A stretch of DNA of 38,174 bases, taken from the IMG/VR virus record IMGVR_UViG_3300027690_000008, positions 1 to 38,174 of that record; one strand, written 5' to 3'. The stretch's first letter is position 1, and each line of letters begins with the position of its first letter. Source of the DNA: a virus (taxonomy: Duplodnaviria > Caudoviricetes). Below are positions 35,245 through 38,174 of the stretch, one piece after another. The translations under genes and the position numbers were made by a program. The notes under the pieces are model-generated. The model did not search any database. It saw nothing but the letters and a program-made list of their open reading frames with translations, and had not been told where the DNA came from.

Positions 35245-35436
35245 TTACTCCGACGTGACGCCAAGATCGCTGTTGAGTTGTTCGCGCCGCATTTTTCGTT
35301 CGGCGGTATACTGGCCGATGCTCTCCGGCGTGATTTCAACACCGGTGCGGGTACGCACGCGCTCGATGACGTCATAGATCAGGTTCAGCGCCACCGCGAT
35401 CTCGACAAACGGCACCTGCTTTAAGTCCACTCCCAT
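35245..35436 (-). CDS. Hypothetical protein
   Basis: 63 aa, AAGGAG SD. Confidence 0.65.
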   Translation of the reverse strand: MGVDLKQVPFVEIAVALNLIYDVIERVRTRTGVEITPESIGQYTAERKMRREQLNSDLGVTSE

Positions 35437-35471
35437 AACCGTGCTCCTTTATCAGCGCCCATGCGGCGCGG

Positions 35472-36092
35472 CTATTTCTGCTTTTCTTCCAGCCCTTGGG
35501 CACACCGTATCGAGATCTCGCGCAGATACGATCGAAACGCCTCTTTGTCGCCGGCAGGCATATCTCCTAAAAGCGCCCAATCATCGAGCACCTGGTTCGC
35601 TTTGCGGAAATAGGAGATGATTTCGGTGTCAAGATCCGGATGGCTCTGGCGAAGCGCCTGCTGGTATGGCTTGTAGAGTTCGGCCGCCTCGATATAGGCA
35701 TCCTGGGCGTCAGCGTAGGTGGCAAGTGCAATGGTGCCCGGATCGCTGGTCTGCTCGGAGATCTGGGCCGTGACGCTCTGCTTCAGCGCGCATCCATAAA
35801 GAGCGATCCCTGCGAGGAGCCCCGAACACACCAGGACCAGGACCATGAGTACAGCCGTTTGGATATTGCCGGCATTGTCGGATTTCGCTTTAAAAATGGG
35901 CGAATTGGTGACCATGCGCAGGATAAAGGCGCCGATCATCCAGACAAAGCCTATGGCGAGCAGGATATAATCCGTGCCGGCCGAGACCTGTTCATTCGTC
36001 AACCCGAAATCGATGCCCTGGGACTTGCCCAGGGCCACCAGGAACATCACGAAATTGAAAAGCAATGTCTTGTAGCCCTTCAGAAAATCCAT
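35472..36092 (-). CDS. Holin-like membrane protein with internal lipobox-like segment
   Basis: KGYKT..FN...LRMVTNSPI holin-like N-terminus (2 TM), third TM ending LYGC; follows the endolysin gene. Confidence 0.6.
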   Translation of the reverse strand: MDFLKGYKTLLFNFVMFLVALGKSQGIDFGLTNEQVSAGTDYILLAIGFVWMIGAFILRMVTNSPIFKAKSDNAGNIQTAVLMVLVLVCSGLLAGIALYGCALKQSVTAQISEQTSDPGTIALATYADAQDAYIEAAELYKPYQQALRQSHPDLDTEIISYFRKANQVLDDWALLGDMPAGDKEAFRSYLREISIRCAQGLEEKQK

Positions 36093-36113
36093 GGTTAAAT
36101 ACTCCCTTTCGAT

Positions 36114-36626
36114 TCAATCTTCATACGGGGTATACGCAAGATCGGTTCTGAACTGATCCAGGTTGAACCTGCGGCCCGGACAGCTTTTATACGGTGCAAG
36201 CTCCCGATGCCCGTAGACATGGGACGGACCAATCCGGAATACCTGCATCAAGGTGCGCACCAGGCCTATGCCGAGCGCCATCTGTGCGACCGGTACCGGC
36301 TCGATGTCGAAACTGCCGATAAAGCAGATGCCGATGGATTTTGCGTTCATGCCGTATGCTGAACAGTGGGCACCGGTTTCGGTCATCATGCGGCCGGTGA
36401 GGATCTCATAGCGCGATCCCACAAGCTCGATGCCGAAGTGGTAGCCGATATCGCGCCAGGGCCGCTCCACCGGCGCAGCTTCGGCGATCAGGGCCGGAAC
36501 GGATTCGGGTTTTACGACGTACCCTTCACACCGCCAGGACGTGTGATAGGCGCGGATGGCGTTCCAGGAGACGGTCTGTCCGTCTGTTGTCAGCGAGTGG
36601 TGCAGTACGATGGCGGTTGGTTTCAT
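36114..36626 (-). CDS. Endolysin, N-acetylmuramoyl-L-alanine amidase (Amidase_2)
   Basis: IVLHHS, WRDIGYHF, GAH, SIGIC..G, GHRE...KSCPG. Confidence 0.92.
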   Translation of the reverse strand: MKPTAIVLHHSLTTDGQTVSWNAIRAYHTSWRCEGYVVKPESVPALIAEAAPVERPWRDIGYHFGIELVGSRYEILTGRMMTETGAHCSAYGMNAKSIGICFIGSFDIEPVPVAQMALGIGLVRTLMQVFRIGPSHVYGHRELAPYKSCPGRRFNLDQFRTDLAYTPYED

Positions 36627-36809
36627 GGCCCTTCCGGTCTTTGTGGGCTCATGCGCGTCGGGTCCGCGGCCCATAGGACCGCGAACCCTCACGCCGATAA
36701 CCCCGATGTCATGACGGACTATGCCATGCGATGGATGAAACGATCCACCGAAGTACTTCAGTTATTTTCTTCTCGGAAGGATATTGGCGAGGAGAGAATG
36801 ATCGTGGTG

Positions 36810-37130
36810 TTAAAACATTTTGCGCTGCTTGTAAATGGCGCCATCGCAGCTTTTAGGGGGGTCTGCCATTTGGCCGGCCACGATCGCGCGGATCCAGCGC
36901 ACCGTCAGGTTATACTTCAACGCCAACGCATGATAGTTGCGGCCGTTGAACTCGGCTCGGATCTTTCGGTTGCGTGCGGCCGTGGCCAGCCGGTCGGGCA
37001 GAGGGATATGAATGCGTTCGCCGCCCATCTGCGCCGACAATGCCAGCAGCCCTTCAAGGCCGATGATTTCGGCGATCTGCCTGCAGTCGTCCGGCAGATC
37101 ATCGATGTTTATGTCCAATGCGTCCGGCAT
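36810..37130 (-). CDS. mor: Mor/C-family transcription activator
   Basis: GGERIHIP...RNRKIRAEFNGRN...LALKYNLT.RWIR.IV. Confidence 0.9.
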   Translation of the reverse strand: MPDALDINIDDLPDDCRQIAEIIGLEGLLALSAQMGGERIHIPLPDRLATAARNRKIRAEFNGRNYHALALKYNLTVRWIRAIVAGQMADPPKSCDGAIYKQRKMF

Positions 37131-37131
37131 G

Positions 37132-37422
37132 CTACCTCACAGACAATACGCACAGGTCGGTCGGCAGACCGAAACTGCCTGGGGGCATGATGTGCGTGAT
37201 TTCCCGAAACGCCTGGCGGCCGGTAAAGTTTTCATTTTCAGGGTCCCATTCGCGCAACAGCAGCCAATCGCCCACCTGGTAGTCACGATCGCAGCGGCGG
37301 ACCTCGCACCGCTTGCCCTTGTGGATCAACGCCTCGAATTGTTCAGGCCATGATTTAAGCTCATGGATGGCCCGGATTTCCGAGCCGAAACAATCAAGGA
37401 GCCAGGATACCAATTTCTCCAT
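37132..37422 (-). CDS. ASCH/PUA-like (DUF3850) protein
   Basis: HELKSWPEQF...GK..EVR..DRDYQVGD.L.LREW. Confidence 0.85.
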   Translation of the reverse strand: MEKLVSWLLDCFGSEIRAIHELKSWPEQFEALIHKGKRCEVRRCDRDYQVGDWLLLREWDPENENFTGRQAFREITHIMPPGSFGLPTDLCVLSVR

Positions 37423-37435
37423 CAAGACACCTCTA

Positions 37436-37852
37436 TCATCCCGTAAAGCGCCCGTGCCGCCGGGCATCGTATTCCAGGGCGGCCACGATCTTATGCAGCT
37501 GGTAGGCATCGCACCACTCCACCCGGTCCACCTTGAACATGTGCCGGGCCATGCCGTGGACGTAGTTCCAGGGACGGGCGGCCTCGGCCAGATAGGCCTC
37601 GATTTTGCTCAGCATGGCCCGCTTGTCAGGCCCACTTTTCTTAAAATCCGGTTTGTTCGGCCGGCGTTTTCGGGTAAAGCCCTTGAGCCGCAGCTCTTTT
37701 AAAAAATCGCTGGCCTGGGCCGCACTGATGTCGCAGGTGCTGCTTTTCCCGAAACGGGCCATCAACATGTCGGCCTTGGTCTCCTTGTCGATGCCCAATT
37801 TGCTGCAGGCGATGCCGATCAGCTGGCGCTGGCTCTTTGTGCTTGGGATCAT
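37436..37852 (-). CDS. gemA: Mu gp16 / GemA family regulator
   Basis: IA...LGID.......L...GKSS...L...GF...KIEA.L......W.Y. Confidence 0.8.
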   Translation of the reverse strand: MIPSTKSQRQLIGIACSKLGIDKETKADMLMARFGKSSTCDISAAQASDFLKELRLKGFTRKRRPNKPDFKKSGPDKRAMLSKIEAYLAEAARPWNYVHGMARHMFKVDRVEWCDAYQLHKIVAALEYDARRHGRFTG

Positions 37853-37932
37853 CTTTTTTCCTTCCGGCTGCTCGTCAGGCCGCCCGCGCCACCGGGCGGC
37901 GATCCTGCGCGAGAGCGGGATTTCGCGCGGGA

Positions 37933-38124
37933 CTACGCCTTGATCTCCTGTATATCGGTGATCGGCTGCCACTGCCGGCAACTCGGGCAGACGACGCGAT
38001 CGATGCGATACTGCATCCCCGACGTGGCCGTCTTGATGATTTTTTTACGATCAACCACAAAGACGGTTTCCGGGCATCGCTCGTTTTCACATCGTGCTGT
38101 GACCCGGTAATATGGTTTTCTCAT
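37933..38124 (-). CDS. Small zinc-finger protein
   Basis: CENERC...CPSC; start MRKPY after a G-rich SD. Confidence 0.6.
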   Translation of the reverse strand: MRKPYYRVTARCENERCPETVFVVDRKKIIKTATSGMQYRIDRVVCPSCRQWQPITDIQEIKA

Positions 38125-38174
38125 GATCCCCCCTACAGTGCCGCCAGATCCAGGGCGATCGGCGTCCACCGATC

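Larger units (their letters stand above)
11131..38174 (-). mobile_element. Mu-like (transposable) prophage with contractile tail; continues beyond the window
   Basis: Contiguous minus-strand late genes, Mu-type GemA/Mor/gp25-28, terminal methylase, TG end with subterminal repeats. Confidence 0.85.

Overview
The window has three zones. (1) 1-6405 is the distal part of a small integrative element (satellite/island-like). It holds several structured repeat arrays, three hypothetical genes, an unannotated 43-aa membrane peptide, a decayed gene and a Zn-ribbon tyrosine integrase, and it ends at a duplicated 3' half of tRNA-Arg(ACG) (att site). (2) ~6495-11130 is an AT-rich block of four co-oriented defence-type genes (GIY-YIG nuclease, HEPN/DUF4145-like, ATPase with a nuclease-like C-terminus, ApeA-like HEPN). 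Each gene is followed by an attC-like site, so this is an integron cassette array with no intI in view and with atypical core triplets. It is bounded on the left by a TGT transposon-like end. (3) ~11131-38174 is the late half of a GC-rich prophage, entirely on the minus strand. Its regulatory and packaging genes are Mu-like (GemA, Mor, DksA/TraR, gp25/26/27/28, terminal adenine methylase, TG end). Its head is non-Mu (DUF1073 portal, DUF2213, DUF2184 capsid) and its contractile tail is DUF3383/DUF3277-type. An unusual tail-distal operon encodes a putative cysteine protease, a lipoprotein and a Tat-exported LamG protein. All family calls come from motif recognition and gene order, not from database searches.
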